DNA of 64,000 nucleotides from Candidatus Anderseniibacteriota bacterium (GCA_021414205.1 JAIOOW010000003.1:64048-128047); one strand, 5' to 3'; numbered from the stretch's first letter, positions 1-10,216 are shown. Numbers and translations: made by a program. The notes: a model not told the origin generated them from the letters alone.

Positions 1-685
1 TATCGATCATTAGCCCGCCGATAACTAAACTGAAATTCACGAGCAGTGCCGCGATTAACAGTTTTGGCAACAATTTCTGTACGGAAGTGCTGACAGATTC
101 GAGGCGTAGGGTGGTTGCGAAGGCGATGTATAGTAATGCCACGATGAATCCTAGGTTCGCAAGTCCTTGCACAAACGGCCAAGTTGCTTGTACGAGATTG
201 CTTGAAATGTATTGGCCCTGCCCAACCATCGTGATTACGAGGTTTCCTAGAAACTCTAGGATGAAGCTAGCGAGCCAATTAATCAAAGATAGAATGTATT
301 GGAAAAAGCTTATTAATACTCGCGCAAAGTCCGAAAGCGAAGAGTTCAAGTAGAGCTGAATGTCACCTATAACTTCTGCCGAGCAAGAATAGTAGTTGTT
401 TTTCGCCGTGGTTACGAGACCGCTTCCGTAAGAATATTGAATTATTAGCGGTAATTTTAGTCGATCCGAAGGGATGCTGACCGTATTATCCTTATATGGA
501 TCGAGCGATCCTAAGTATTTACACTGCCGTACGAGACTTGCTGTTGTTCCGGGGAGAAGGTTTGCGTCTATGGAAATCGTTGATAGTTTATTGAGCGAAA
601 CGCTCACATCTGCAGCGAGTGTTATCGAAGGCAGTGCCAATCCGAGGACAGCGATTATAAGATATGGTTTGAGGAAAAATCGCAT
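1..685 (-). CDS. partial hypothetical secreted/membrane protein (5' end in window, continues past window start)
   Basis: Open frame on minus strand from ATG at 685..683 to position 1 with no stop (about 228 aa). N-terminal signal-peptide-like MRFFLKPYLIIAVLGLALPSITLA, hydrophobic C-terminal segments. Start is 1 nt after the stop of the upstream 557-aa gene. Not in ORF track because it has no stop in the window. Confidence 0.4.
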   Translation of the reverse strand, partial: MRFFLKPYLIIAVLGLALPSITLAADVSVSLNKLSTISIDANLLPGTTASLVRQCKYLGSLDPYKDNTVSIPSDRLKLPLIIQYSYGSGLVTTAKNNYYSCSAEVIGDIQLYLNSSLSDFARVLISFFQYILSLINWLASFILEFLGNLVITMVGQGQYISSNLVQATWPFVQGLANLGFIVALLYIAFATTLRLESVSTSVQKLLPKLLIAALLVNFSLVIGGLMID

Positions 686-686
686 A

Positions 687-2360
687 TTATGGTGTAGGGG
701 TAGGACTACTTACGGGTTCTTTTCTTGCGATACAAGCTTCCGTTGTCGGGAAGAAGTAGCAGAAAAGGTCCGTATATACGCTGTTTACAACAGGACTCGC
801 AGTTGCGCCGTTTACAATTGTGCTTATCGACGTGCAAAATCCGCAAGTAACTTCCTGAGGGTTCGGATTCGGATCTTTTATGCCAAGCGCTTCTGCGAAC
901 TGGCCGGTACCTTGTTCTTTATATGGAGCGATTAAGCCCGTGGTAACGTTATTTGGGTTTGGTTGAGGCGTATCGTAATAGGTTTGATAGAGCTGCTGTA
1001 CTTGGGTTGAAATGCCTGCAACTTGGCCAGAGAGTTGATTGATTGAATTATCGCTTGGGAGTGGGCTAGTAGAGGCTCCAAGCACTTGGCCCGTTTGAGC
1101 GGTAACTGGCAGGTCGGGCTGCTGCCCCGGCGTTGTTATAGTTGACGTACCAGCAATCTTTTCGCCGATAACTTGATTAGGAAGCAGGTTCGCACCGGCA
1201 ACGATTTGTGCTGCAATTGCGCTCGATGGAGTAGTAAGGGTGCCATCCACTCCTCCTGTTGCGTTTTTGGTGAGAACGTATTGCCCGAGTGATGGAGTTT
1301 GTGCCCGGTTTTGTTGGAAGGCCAAGCCCTGATTGTATCCTTGTTGAGCTATATCCATCATGCCTGGCAATAGCGAATCTAGCCCCCTGATACTTCGAAT
1401 ATAGTCGTCAAAAGTCGCATCGCTTGGCAAGGACGCTTTTTTATTATTGCCTGTAAATTGAACTTTATTGAGAGCTCCTGGGTCAAGAATTTGCGCATAC
1501 TGAGATGCGATGACGTTACCTGCTGTTGTGTCTACGATAGTTTTTGCGTCTTGGTTCGCACTTACGTTATCTCGGAGTTGGGCAACGGTTTGGGAATTTG
1601 GCCGAATGAAGTTTAACCCCTCGGGTACTGTAACGTTTGCTGGGTTAAGTGCGTCTGCTGGGGCATTTGCGTCTGCTGGTTTTGTGTTCGTGAGTTTGTT
1701 TTTTAGCTCCTGTTCCTCAGTGAGCGTGGTGCCACCCGTAGGGTCTGAGGACAAAAGCGAGACCGCAGACAAGTTAGGCTGTTGCATGTATTGGTCTATG
1801 TTTGCGGGAAATGCTACTGATTGTTCTTGTGCTGGTCCAGGTTGATCGCTGCATCCTGCTCGTCCTAGGCTTGCTTCGCAGTATAGTCTCGCGAGCTCGC
1901 TAAGCTGTCTCCTGGTATCTGTTTCTCGTGCAAATTGCTGGTATAGATATGCTGTCCATAAGTCGTTACCCTCCAATGTAACGTTCCTGGTTACCACGCT
2001 CGGAAGGTTGGTGTGGGTCGATTGCTCCACTGGGTTTGGGGTTGAGTACGGGAGCGGACTTGGCGCACCATTGGCGATTGATTGAGCAGTCGCAGCATTG
2101 TTCCTATCTGTTACTAGTTGTGCCCTGCTATACGGTGATCCGGGAATTCCCGGCTCCACATAGTCTGCTTGGTTTAATGCAGCAAGGACGTTATAGAATA
2201 ATTGCTCCTGAGCTCTATCGGTATAAAATACGGCATGCGGATCGGCGTGAGTGGGCGTTGCAGAAGTCGTGAAAATGACTGCGAATGCAAGGAAAGAAAG
2301 CGCAAGGACTAATTTTCGATTCCAATAAAAAAAATGCAAAGGCATACGACTTGTATGCAC
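687..2360 (-). CDS. hypothetical secreted protein, T/S/N/Q/P-rich low-complexity
   Basis: 557-aa ORF with N-terminal signal peptide (LSFLAFAVIFTTSATPTHA), long low-complexity region, no recognisable catalytic motif. Confidence 0.5.
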   Translation of the reverse strand: MHTSRMPLHFFYWNRKLVLALSFLAFAVIFTTSATPTHADPHAVFYTDRAQEQLFYNVLAALNQADYVEPGIPGSPYSRAQLVTDRNNAATAQSIANGAPSPLPYSTPNPVEQSTHTNLPSVVTRNVTLEGNDLWTAYLYQQFARETDTRRQLSELARLYCEASLGRAGCSDQPGPAQEQSVAFPANIDQYMQQPNLSAVSLLSSDPTGGTTLTEEQELKNKLTNTKPADANAPADALNPANVTVPEGLNFIRPNSQTVAQLRDNVSANQDAKTIVDTTAGNVIASQYAQILDPGALNKVQFTGNNKKASLPSDATFDDYIRSIRGLDSLLPGMMDIAQQGYNQGLAFQQNRAQTPSLGQYVLTKNATGGVDGTLTTPSSAIAAQIVAGANLLPNQVIGEKIAGTSTITTPGQQPDLPVTAQTGQVLGASTSPLPSDNSINQLSGQVAGISTQVQQLYQTYYDTPQPNPNNVTTGLIAPYKEQGTGQFAEALGIKDPNPNPQEVTCGFCTSISTIVNGATASPVVNSVYTDLFCYFFPTTEACIARKEPVSSPTPTP

Positions 2361-2375
2361 GAAATTATAGCATGT

Positions 2376-3161
2376 TTACTGTAGATTGTATTTCTTTTCG
2401 AGTGCGCTTATCTGCGTTGCGATATCTGCGTATACGCCATCTAAATCAGAAACATTTTTTAGCCCAATTAAGCCACTGATTTGATCCGTTTTAAATGCCT
2501 GAATGAGTTTGATGTTTTGAATCAGCGAAATGGTTGCTTGGAGAAGTTTTGTTTGAAGCGGCGCTGCTTCTTGGGGCGTTGCGATCGCCTTAAATAGGTC
2601 GAAGTTTGATTGAACATTTGCGAGGATTGGAGCTAGCGCGTTTGCGTCAGTACCCCCTTCCTGGGCTTGGAATGCATTTACGATATCAGTACCGGTAACG
2701 GACTTAATCTTAGAATTTTGTGCCTGGGAAATGGAATCCAAATACGTTTTAATAGCTGCCTTCCCTGTTGCTGTTGATGTTTTAATGGTCCCAGGCTGCA
2801 ACGCTGGCAATAGCTGACCCTGATTTGCGCTTACGTATGTCGTGAGATTTTTTTGATCTAGTACCTGTGCCTGAGTGGCATCTTTCGGGAGTGTTGCAAC
2901 ATATTTTTTTGTCTCCGGGCCGATATTAGAGGCTGTGCTTTGCGCATATTTTTTCATTTGATCCAGTAATTCTGGGGATAGCGATTGCAAGGGGCTTGGC
3001 GATGGACTCGGAGAAATTTCTACAATTGGACTGGGAGATGCTTGCTGTATTGCCGTATGCGAAAAACCGAGCGTCGTCAGTTTCCATACACCAAGTGCTA
3101 TCACCGTGATAATCAGTACAGTGATAGTTGTCCGTATTCCTAATGCATTTACAGGTGTCAT
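2376..3161 (-). CDS. hypothetical membrane-anchored protein
   Basis: 261 aa with N-terminal TM helix (TITVLIITVIALGVW), SP-repeat linker (SPSPSPSP), Q/A/T-rich ectodomain. Overlaps the upstream gene by 4 nt. Confidence 0.5.
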   Translation of the reverse strand: MTPVNALGIRTTITVLIITVIALGVWKLTTLGFSHTAIQQASPSPIVEISPSPSPSPLQSLSPELLDQMKKYAQSTASNIGPETKKYVATLPKDATQAQVLDQKNLTTYVSANQGQLLPALQPGTIKTSTATGKAAIKTYLDSISQAQNSKIKSVTGTDIVNAFQAQEGGTDANALAPILANVQSNFDLFKAIATPQEAAPLQTKLLQATISLIQNIKLIQAFKTDQISGLIGLKNVSDLDGVYADIATQISALEKKYNLQ

Positions 3162-4147
3162 GGCGCTTGTGGATTTAGGAGTTGAGCTTTCATTTGCACT
3201 AGCTGCGGATAGTATTGTCTATCTATTGCATCGAGCTGGCGAATAGCTACCATTGCCTTTATTTGGTCATTAGAAAAATCCGCAATTTGCCTAAACGTAG
3301 CGGAGAGCAGTTGAGTATATGCGAGGAGTGTCTTGTCATATTGAAGTGCCGATTTTGGCACTGATGCTAAGCGGACTCTTGATTGAAATGCTTCTACTGC
3401 TTCCGCGAGCGTAGTGAATCCGTACGTGCTTCTGTATTGAAAAAAGTCATTGAGCGCAATGGTGAGGCGAGCTTTATCGGAAAGCGATTCAAGGTCGCCA
3501 GCCGTGGTCATGTACTGCGAAGTGTCTGCGGGGGTGTCTGGAGCAGATTTAATGACGGCGTCGTTGACTGGTGGCAGGCCTGTTTCGAGGGGTTGGTTTG
3601 CAATAAATTGGCTAAACGTAACCGGTGATTTGTCAGAGTCTTTTACCGCCGTTGCGTATGCCTGCGTAAGATTAACATTGTCGGCAATTTTTTTGACCGG
3701 CGTTGGAAAGAACGCGTCATTGGATGCTGTTTTGCCGGATGGTGTTGGAGTAGCTCCAATCGATGATCCCACTGTGCAATTTTCCAGTTTGTCGTTCGGC
3801 GCTGGTATGAGCGGGTTGTGGCAATTAGCCACTTCTTTCCCGTCGTTGTACCCGTCCTTGTCTGTGTCTGGGTTATTAGGGTTTGTTCCCCATAGCGATT
3901 CTTGTGCATTGGTAAGACCGTCCTTATCTGGGTCGCCTAGCGGGTCCACTGAAGTGGTTCCGCCTCCTGGGAGTGCCGTCTGGGAATTGGTATCAGGCGT
4001 TTGTGATGTATCTTGTTGTTTATTTAAGCTAGAGACAAAAAAGAGTCCGATTGCAATGAGGATGCTGAGAATAATGATGATAGTGATGACGATAACGACC
4101 CTCCGTGACATGTTGCGTATTATACCACGCCAGCGAGCAATACCCAC
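3158..4147 (-). CDS. hypothetical membrane protein with thrombospondin-type-3-like calcium-binding repeats
   Basis: 329 aa with N-terminal TM (VVIVITIIIILSILIAIGLFFV) and DPDKDGLTNAQE...NPDTDKDGYNDGKE (DxDxDG repeats). Confidence 0.5.
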   Translation of the reverse strand: MGIARWRGIIRNMSRRVVIVITIIIILSILIAIGLFFVSSLNKQQDTSQTPDTNSQTALPGGGTTSVDPLGDPDKDGLTNAQESLWGTNPNNPDTDKDGYNDGKEVANCHNPLIPAPNDKLENCTVGSSIGATPTPSGKTASNDAFFPTPVKKIADNVNLTQAYATAVKDSDKSPVTFSQFIANQPLETGLPPVNDAVIKSAPDTPADTSQYMTTAGDLESLSDKARLTIALNDFFQYRSTYGFTTLAEAVEAFQSRVRLASVPKSALQYDKTLLAYTQLLSATFRQIADFSNDQIKAMVAIRQLDAIDRQYYPQLVQMKAQLLNPQAP

Positions 4148-4980
4148 TGCTCAATTGTTAGGTTTTCAGGGCGCGTAGTAGGCAGCGCGTGTATATGATC
4201 TCCAATGGCAGCGATTTCTTGCTCTGTTTTTTGATATGCCCGCTTCAGCGTTGTTCCAATTTGTTTTCGTTTTGCTTGGAAAAATGGCTTTGCTTTTGCA
4301 ATAATTTCTTCTCGTTTTTCCTCGGGTAATCGGTCCGGATTCGGCGTAAGTAATACGAGCGATGACTGCACAGAAGGAGCCGGAATAAAACACGATGGCG
4401 GAACGCGAAGCAACAGTTGTGCGCTTCCCCATAACCCTAAAGAGAGTCCGAGTAAGCTCATGTTATTTTCTTCGGTAACAAGCCTATCGACCACCTCTTT
4501 TTGCATCAAAAATATTGCACGAGAAGGTGCTGATTGCATCTTTGTTAAGTGACGAATAATGAGTCCAGATAAGTTGTATGGAATGTTACCGACAAGTGAC
4601 CAGTACTGCCTCGTGGAAGCTTCGCCAGCTGACGAAGCGGAGGAGGGCCAACTCCATTCAATTTCCTTCAAATCGCCATGAATAAGTTCCAAATTCTGCA
4701 CAAGATTTTTAGGCAGGACAGTGGGAATGATGTGAATAAAATCATCATCTTTTTCAATGCCTCGAACGTGGTATCCGGACATGATGAGTCCCTGCGTAAG
4801 CGTCCCTACTCCGGGTCCGAGCTCTGTTATTTTTTTGGGTCCACCTTCGAGCGCGATGAGGACTGATTGAATAACTTCTTCGCAAATCAAAAAGTTTTGG
4901 CCAAGCGATTTATCCGCGCGAACTTTGTGGGATCCTAATACGCTTGTTAAGACGGACGGATCGGTGAGAGGTTTGAACAT
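4120..4980 (-). CDS. rsmA: 16S rRNA (adenine1518/1519-N6)-dimethyltransferase RsmA/KsgA
   Basis: LGQNFL motif, GPGVGTLT SAM-binding motif, NIPYN. Carries a roughly 15-aa insertion before the NIPYN motif. Confidence 0.85.
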   Translation of the reverse strand: MFKPLTDPSVLTSVLGSHKVRADKSLGQNFLICEEVIQSVLIALEGGPKKITELGPGVGTLTQGLIMSGYHVRGIEKDDDFIHIIPTVLPKNLVQNLELIHGDLKEIEWSWPSSASSAGEASTRQYWSLVGNIPYNLSGLIIRHLTKMQSAPSRAIFLMQKEVVDRLVTEENNMSLLGLSLGLWGSAQLLLRVPPSCFIPAPSVQSSLVLLTPNPDRLPEEKREEIIAKAKPFFQAKRKQIGTTLKRAYQKTEQEIAAIGDHIHALPTTRPENLTIEQWVLLAGVV

Positions 4981-5104
4981 GGTAAAGATATTGTAACCTA
5001 GTTTGTCATTCCGAGCTTGACCTAAGAACCCACGCTTGCCCGCCGAACTGGCGAGTCGTTGTCTAGATACCGACCCGGAGGCCGGGATGACGGTATCGTA
5101 ATTT

Positions 5105-7192
5105 TTATGCTGACTGCGTGCACGAATTTGCGGGGACGCTTTTTACGCCATGACCTTCAAATACGCATGTCAGATTATGTTGAGAAGTTCCGATAACTAC
5201 ACCTTTTCCGAACTGCGGATGATGAACATATGAGCCTGCTTGCGAAAGAACGAGTGTCGGCTCTTCGTGCAAAAAATCTGATACGTCAGAACCATGGGTA
5301 CTAAATGTGTTCTCGTTTGATTCTTGAAATGTTTGTTCTGCCTGAGGAAGTTGCTCAAGGAATCGAGATGGTGCCTGAGGGGTCATTTCCCCGCCGATAT
5401 ATCTGTATGCGCTGTATGTTACGGTCAATTTTTTGCGTGCGCGAGTCATTCCCACGTACAGTAATCGCCGCTCCTCTTCTATAGCAGGTTGCGATGAAAT
5501 GCTATTATTATGGGGTAATAAGCCCTCTTCGCATCCGATGATATATACAACGAGGAACTCCAGTCCTTTCGATGCGTGCATTGTCATGCAGGTTACTCGG
5601 TCTTGCTGATCCTCGAGCTTGTCGATGTCGGACAGTAGTGCGGTATCTTCCAAAAATTGCTCCGTGGTAGTGTATGCAGATGCAACGTTGAACAACTCTT
5701 GTATGTTCTCTTCTCGCTCTTTTCCATCGGGCAAATTAGTCAGTGTTTCCAAATATTTTGTATTAGTAACAAGAAATTCTAGAAGATCGGAAACTTTTTC
5801 AAACGTCTGTTCTCGAGCTTTTTGAAACGTTGAAATGATACTAGCTATGTCTGACCTGTCGCTCATGTATTCCAAATACGCCTGCAATGAGATGCCGTAT
5901 TCTTTCGCAGTGCTTTCCCAGCGATCAATTGTTTTAGGCCCCACTCGCTTCAATAGTGCATCTGCTACTCGCTCAAAATGAACGCGCGACGATGGGGAGA
6001 GGAAGAAGGATAAGATTGCTAACGCATCTTTGATTTCTTTTCTGTCATAAAATCGGAACCCTCCTACGATGGTGTATGGCACCCGATGAGTTAAAAATTG
6101 TTCTTCCATGAGGCGGGATTGTGCGTTTGTTCGGTATAATACGGCGCAATCCCTAAGTCTTCCGCCTTGTGCGACGTATTCCCTGATTCCTTTGCACACC
6201 CACTCGGCCTCTGCGCGATCGGAAGATAGCTGGAGTACGCGGATATCCTCACCCTCTTTTTCAGTTGTCCAAAGCGTTTTATGTTTCTGCTCGATGTTTT
6301 GAGCAATGACCGTATTGGCTGCATCTAGGATATTGGGAGTTGATCTATAGTTTTGTGTAAGCAAGATGGTTGTGCACCCGGGATAGCGCTGTTCAAATTG
6401 CATAATATGATCGACGCTGGCGCCTCTCCATGAATAGATTGCCTGGTAATCGTCTCCTACCACGCAGATATTGCGATCTTTTCCGAGCAGTAGCGATATT
6501 ATTTCGTCTTGAATTGCATTCGTATCCTGATATTCGTCGATAGAGAGAAACTTCCATCGAGCTTGGTACATATCGCGAACGGGCTGATTTTCTCGAAGGA
6601 TTCTCAAAGGTACGCGGAGCAGGTCATCGAAGTCGTAGGCATCGTGTTCTGCCAGCATTTGCTCATATTTCGGGAATACTTTTTGAATCATTTCCTCACG
6701 CGGATTCTGGGCAACGGGAAATACGGGAGTGTCTACGTATTCCTGCTTAATCTTAGAAATCATTCCCCGCACAGCGCTGGACCCCCACTCTTTTAGTGAG
6801 TAGTTTTCGTTTTTTAATATTCTGCGGACCAGTTTTTCTGAATCCTTTGAGTCTAAAATGGAAAATCCGCGAGATCTGGTATGGGCGTGAGCCTGCTCTC
6901 TAAGAATTTTTACTCCCATACTGTGGAATGTACTCACTGCCCGAGGCGTAAGCGTGGAAGAGCCGAGTAATTCTTGGATCCGATGCTTCATTTCCGCAGA
7001 TGCCTTGTTAGTGAATGTAACGGCCAGAATTTCTTCCGGTTTGGCAATGCCTTGCTGAATGAGATATGCGATGCGATGAGTCAGCGCTCGTGTCTTGCCG
7101 GAGCCTGCTCCTGCAAGTACGAGTACGGGGCCGTGTGTGGCAAGGACTACCTTCTGTTGATCGGGATTCAGGCCATCGAGCGGGGATTTCAT
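5105..7192 (-). CDS. uvrD: UvrD/PcrA/Rep-family ATP-dependent DNA helicase
   Basis: 695 aa with Walker A AGAGSGKT, DEYQDT motif and overall UvrD-like architecture. Confidence 0.9.
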   Translation of the reverse strand: MKSPLDGLNPDQQKVVLATHGPVLVLAGAGSGKTRALTHRIAYLIQQGIAKPEEILAVTFTNKASAEMKHRIQELLGSSTLTPRAVSTFHSMGVKILREQAHAHTRSRGFSILDSKDSEKLVRRILKNENYSLKEWGSSAVRGMISKIKQEYVDTPVFPVAQNPREEMIQKVFPKYEQMLAEHDAYDFDDLLRVPLRILRENQPVRDMYQARWKFLSIDEYQDTNAIQDEIISLLLGKDRNICVVGDDYQAIYSWRGASVDHIMQFEQRYPGCTTILLTQNYRSTPNILDAANTVIAQNIEQKHKTLWTTEKEGEDIRVLQLSSDRAEAEWVCKGIREYVAQGGRLRDCAVLYRTNAQSRLMEEQFLTHRVPYTIVGGFRFYDRKEIKDALAILSFFLSPSSRVHFERVADALLKRVGPKTIDRWESTAKEYGISLQAYLEYMSDRSDIASIISTFQKAREQTFEKVSDLLEFLVTNTKYLETLTNLPDGKEREENIQELFNVASAYTTTEQFLEDTALLSDIDKLEDQQDRVTCMTMHASKGLEFLVVYIIGCEEGLLPHNNSISSQPAIEEERRLLYVGMTRARKKLTVTYSAYRYIGGEMTPQAPSRFLEQLPQAEQTFQESNENTFSTHGSDVSDFLHEEPTLVLSQAGSYVHHPQFGKGVVIGTSQHNLTCVFEGHGVKSVPANSCTQSA

Positions 7193-7394
7193 CTGATATA
7201 TTGTGCGTGGAGGGCCATCTTATGTCAATGTTGACTGTTTCTGCGGATACCCTATACTTCCTAGTTATCAATACATACATGCGAAAAATAAAAACCTCAT
7301 TCTTAAGTGAGTAGGTATTTTACCAAAGCAACAACTAAGAAAAGGTCGCCTAGGCACCTTTTCTAAGAATTCAGAAGAAAAAATTAAAAGCTTC

Positions 7395-8564
7395 GTGTCG
7401 AACATACCAAAGAAATCGGCTGTTCACATGGCCTTCTTCGGTTTAATCGGTGCCATTGTGCTGCAGAGCCAGATTGTAGGTACTTCAGACGCAAGCTCCT
7501 TTCTTCATAAGTTTATTTCCGGAGATGAAGTGTCCGAAGGGCCGCTAAGTCCCACTGCATACGCACAGGGCACGTCCTTAAACGGGGCCGGAAGCAGATT
7601 ATCTTCTGTTGATGCAACGGACGCTAATTTTATTACATTCGACGATCCTGAAGTGCAATTTGCGCAAACACTTGAAGGAAATGCCGTTGTTGCTCCGATG
7701 CAGCCAGCTATTGATACTACTGACGGATCATCTACTGGCTCTACCGACGCATCAAGCGACAATTCTTCCAAATCTCAAAATACCCCCTCTGTACAAAAGC
7801 CATTTATTTATACTGTTGTAGACGGAGATACGATTGCGGGAATAGCTTCCAAATATAATATCAGCGCGAATACGATCCTTTCTGTAAACGGGCTCGGTTC
7901 AACTGACACAATTAAGTCTGGCGATCATTTGACGATTCTCCCAATAACTGGAGTCCTTCATACTGTAAAGAGTGGTGATACCGTCCTTAGTATTGCAAAT
8001 TCATATAATGCAAAGGCTACTGACATTGTTTCTGCGAACGGGCTCCAAGACAGCTCTAAGATAGCTCTTGGGCAGAAGCTGATTATTCCAAACGGTGATG
8101 CTCCGGTAGTGCAAGCTCCAAAGATCGTATCTGAGAATACGCAAACTGCCCGTGACTCAGGAGATGAGCCAACCCCGGCTCCTCAAAAAGAACAAGTAAA
8201 GACACCGAGCGGCTTTGGATGGCCCACTATTACCCATCATATTTCTCAATATTTTGGTCATGATGGGCATACCGGTATTGATATTGATAATCGATCAAAA
8301 CCACCCGTATTCGCGGCCCAAGACGGTACGGTTGAATTTGCTGGGTGGCTTGGTGCATACGGCAACTTGATTATTATCAATCATGGCAACGGATTAACGA
8401 CGTATTATGCTCACTTAACGAAGTTTTATGTGGCAAAGGGCGCAGCCGTAAAGAAAGGCGATGCAATCGCTAAGATGGGATCAACGGGGCATTCAACGGG
8501 ACCGCACGTACACTTCGAGGTTCGCAGATTCGGCGTGCCAATCAATCCTCTGGGGATGTATTAA
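7395..8564 (+). CDS. LysM-domain M23 family metallopeptidase (cell-wall hydrolase)
   Basis: Three LysM-like repeats (YTVVDGDTIAGIASKY, HTVKSGDTVLSIANSY). C-terminal M23 motifs HTGIDID and GSTGHSTGPHVHFEV. Confidence 0.85.
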   Translation: MSNIPKKSAVHMAFFGLIGAIVLQSQIVGTSDASSFLHKFISGDEVSEGPLSPTAYAQGTSLNGAGSRLSSVDATDANFITFDDPEVQFAQTLEGNAVVAPMQPAIDTTDGSSTGSTDASSDNSSKSQNTPSVQKPFIYTVVDGDTIAGIASKYNISANTILSVNGLGSTDTIKSGDHLTILPITGVLHTVKSGDTVLSIANSYNAKATDIVSANGLQDSSKIALGQKLIIPNGDAPVVQAPKIVSENTQTARDSGDEPTPAPQKEQVKTPSGFGWPTITHHISQYFGHDGHTGIDIDNRSKPPVFAAQDGTVEFAGWLGAYGNLIIINHGNGLTTYYAHLTKFYVAKGAAVKKGDAIAKMGSTGHSTGPHVHFEVRRFGVPINPLGMY

Positions 8565-8929
8565 TTGCTTCGGTGATAGTGGCGCTTCGGCCATAATAGG
8601 AGTGCTAAAGAGCCTCCTAGTAAGCCTACGTCGCGGATGATGACAGCATCTACTCCTTGCGTGGCTATAATTGCGATGAGGTGCCCTGCTGCGAAGAATG
8701 CAATCAATTTCGGCCATAACCTGAGGACGAGGAGTAATCCCATTGCCATATCGAATATCCCATTTGCTTTGAGTAGTGATGTGGTCGGGATATGGATTGG
8801 CAAATTAGTAGGGATGTAGCCTATCCAGGAGTCCGGATGACGAAGAATATCTACGCCGATCCAAAAAAATACAATGCCGAGGCTTGCGCTTAGTATCCAG
8901 TGCGACCAATTATATTTTCCGTAAGACAT
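8561..8929 (-). CDS. DoxX-family small membrane protein
   Basis: 122 aa with four predicted TM segments and DoxX-like topology. Weak call. Confidence 0.5.
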   Translation of the reverse strand: MSYGKYNWSHWILSASLGIVFFWIGVDILRHPDSWIGYIPTNLPIHIPTTSLLKANGIFDMAMGLLLVLRLWPKLIAFFAAGHLIAIIATQGVDAVIIRDVGLLGGSLALLLWPKRHYHRSN

Positions 8930-8945
8930 GCAATTAGTATAGCAG

Positions 8946-9016
8946 AGCGGGTAGCGGGAATCGAACCCGCATTCTCAGTTTGGAAAACTGGAATACTACC
9001 ATTGTACTATACCCGC
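8946..9016 (-). tRNA. tRNA-Gly (anticodon UCC)
   Basis: Reverse complement GCGGGTATAGTACAATGGTAGTATTCCAGTTTTCCAAACTG...GGTTCGATTCCCGCTACCCGCT: 7-bp acceptor stem, T-loop TTCGATT, anticodon loop TTTCCAA, discriminator U. CCA is not encoded. Confidence 0.8.
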
Positions 9017-9033
9017 ATAGTATTTAATTTTTG

Positions 9034-9104
9034 TCGGGGCGCTGGGAATTGAACCCAGTCTACATGGTCCCAAACCATGCGTACTGCCGGTATACGACGC
9101 CCCG
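9034..9104 (-). tRNA. tRNA-Pro (anticodon UGG)
   Basis: Reverse complement CGGGGCGTCGTATACCGGCAGTACGCATGGTTTGGGACCATG...GGTTCAATTCCCAGCGCCCCGA, anticodon loop TTTGGGA, acceptor stem complementary. Confidence 0.8.
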
Positions 9105-9109
9105 TGGCG

Positions 9110-9388
9110 TTACTTTACTGCCTCTTTGAGAGTTTTTCCAGGGCGGAATTTTGCAACTCGTACGGAGGGAATCTGCATCGGTTCGTTAGGGTTTCGAGGG
9201 TTTACTCCTCGACGTCCTTTTCGCTCTCGAACTTCGAAAATTCCGAATCCAGAAAGGTTGATCTTTTCGTCCTGAGAAAGCTTATCAATCATTGTTTCCA
9301 AGAATGCTGCAACTACCATTTCCACGTGCTTTCGAGGAAGCCGGGTTGCGTCAGAAACTTTATCGATAAGTGTTTGCTTGTTGATCAT
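9110..9388 (-). CDS. hup: HU-family DNA-binding protein
   Basis: 92 aa, MINKQTLIDKVS...GFGIFEVRERKGRRGVNPRNPNEPMQIPSVRVAKFRPGK, the canonical HU arm motif. Confidence 0.9.
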   Translation of the reverse strand: MINKQTLIDKVSDATRLPRKHVEMVVAAFLETMIDKLSQDEKINLSGFGIFEVRERKGRRGVNPRNPNEPMQIPSVRVAKFRPGKTLKEAVK

Positions 9389-9415
9389 AAGATATAAGGG
9401 CTACGTATAGCCACA

Positions 9416-10216
9416 CTAGGTATTCTGCAGGATCCTTCGAATTTGTGCAATACCAGTCGTTTTTCCGGTGGAGGGGTCGATATCGATGAGTACGGCATTT
9501 ATTTCCATTGCACCCGTTTCTGGGGGTTCCATTTTTGCGCGTAATTGTGTGAGGAATTGCTTGAGAGGGGCCTGTTTCCCCATGCCAATGATAGATTCGT
9601 ATGCGCCGTTCATCCCTGCATCGGTAATATATCCCGTTCCTTTTGGCAGTATCTGGGCGTCTGCTGTAGGGACGTGCGTGTGCGTGCCCCACATAGCAGA
9701 TATCTTTCCATCTGCGTGCCACCCCATCCCCCGTTTTTCGCTGGTGACTTCTGCATGAAAATCAAGAAGCTTAATTGCGCACCGCTTTACCTCGGGAATT
9801 TCAAGAATTTCATCTAATTTGTGGAAGGGATTGTCTGGCTGATTTTTGAAAAATACTTGGCCTTGCAGATTAATCACAGCAATTTCATATGCGCCAAGCT
9901 TTACGATTACATACCCTCGTCCTGGGGCGCCATCGGGGTAATTTGCGGGGCGAACAATGGGAATACGCGGATTGGTGAGTATGTCTACTCCTTGGCCGTT
10001 ATCCCACGCATGGTCGCCAGTTGTAAATGCAAGAACGTCCCAGCTGGTGAGTGCCTCATGCATCGTATCTGGGGAAATTCCTTTTCCATGTGCGATATTT
10101 TCTACGTTTACGATGACGGCATCAGGCGTAAATTCTTTGCGCAACTCCGGAAGCGCTTGTGAAATACCTTTTCTTCCAAGCGTTCCTACGACGTCTCCGA
10201 ATATTAAAAATTTCAT
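9416..10216 (-). CDS. YmdB-like metallophosphoesterase (TIGR00282 family)
   Basis: MKFLIFGDVVGTLGRKG N-terminus and GDHAWD metal-binding motifs. Confidence 0.8.
   Translation of the reverse strand: MKFLIFGDVVGTLGRKGISQALPELRKEFTPDAVIVNVENIAHGKGISPDTMHEALTSWDVLAFTTGDHAWDNGQGVDILTNPRIPIVRPANYPDGAPGRGYVIVKLGAYEIAVINLQGQVFFKNQPDNPFHKLDEILEIPEVKRCAIKLLDFHAEVTSEKRGMGWHADGKISAMWGTHTHVPTADAQILPKGTGYITDAGMNGAYESIIGMGKQAPLKQFLTQLRAKMEPPETGAMEINAVLIDIDPSTGKTTGIAQIRRILQNT

Noticed and set aside
3450-4178. 242-aa plus-strand ORF antisense to the 329-aa membrane-protein gene, and many similar antisense ORFs (9468-10307, 11468-11959, 35360-36440, 46988-47404 and others)
   Set aside because: They overlap well-supported genes on the opposite strand and have no motifs; their length comes from codon-bias mirroring.
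5066-5093. Imperfect hairpin TACCG-a-CCCGG-agg-CCGGG-atga-CGGTA between uvrD and ksgA
   Set aside because: No U-tract in the direction of transcription (minus strand), so it is not called as a terminator. It could be a stabilising or processing structure.
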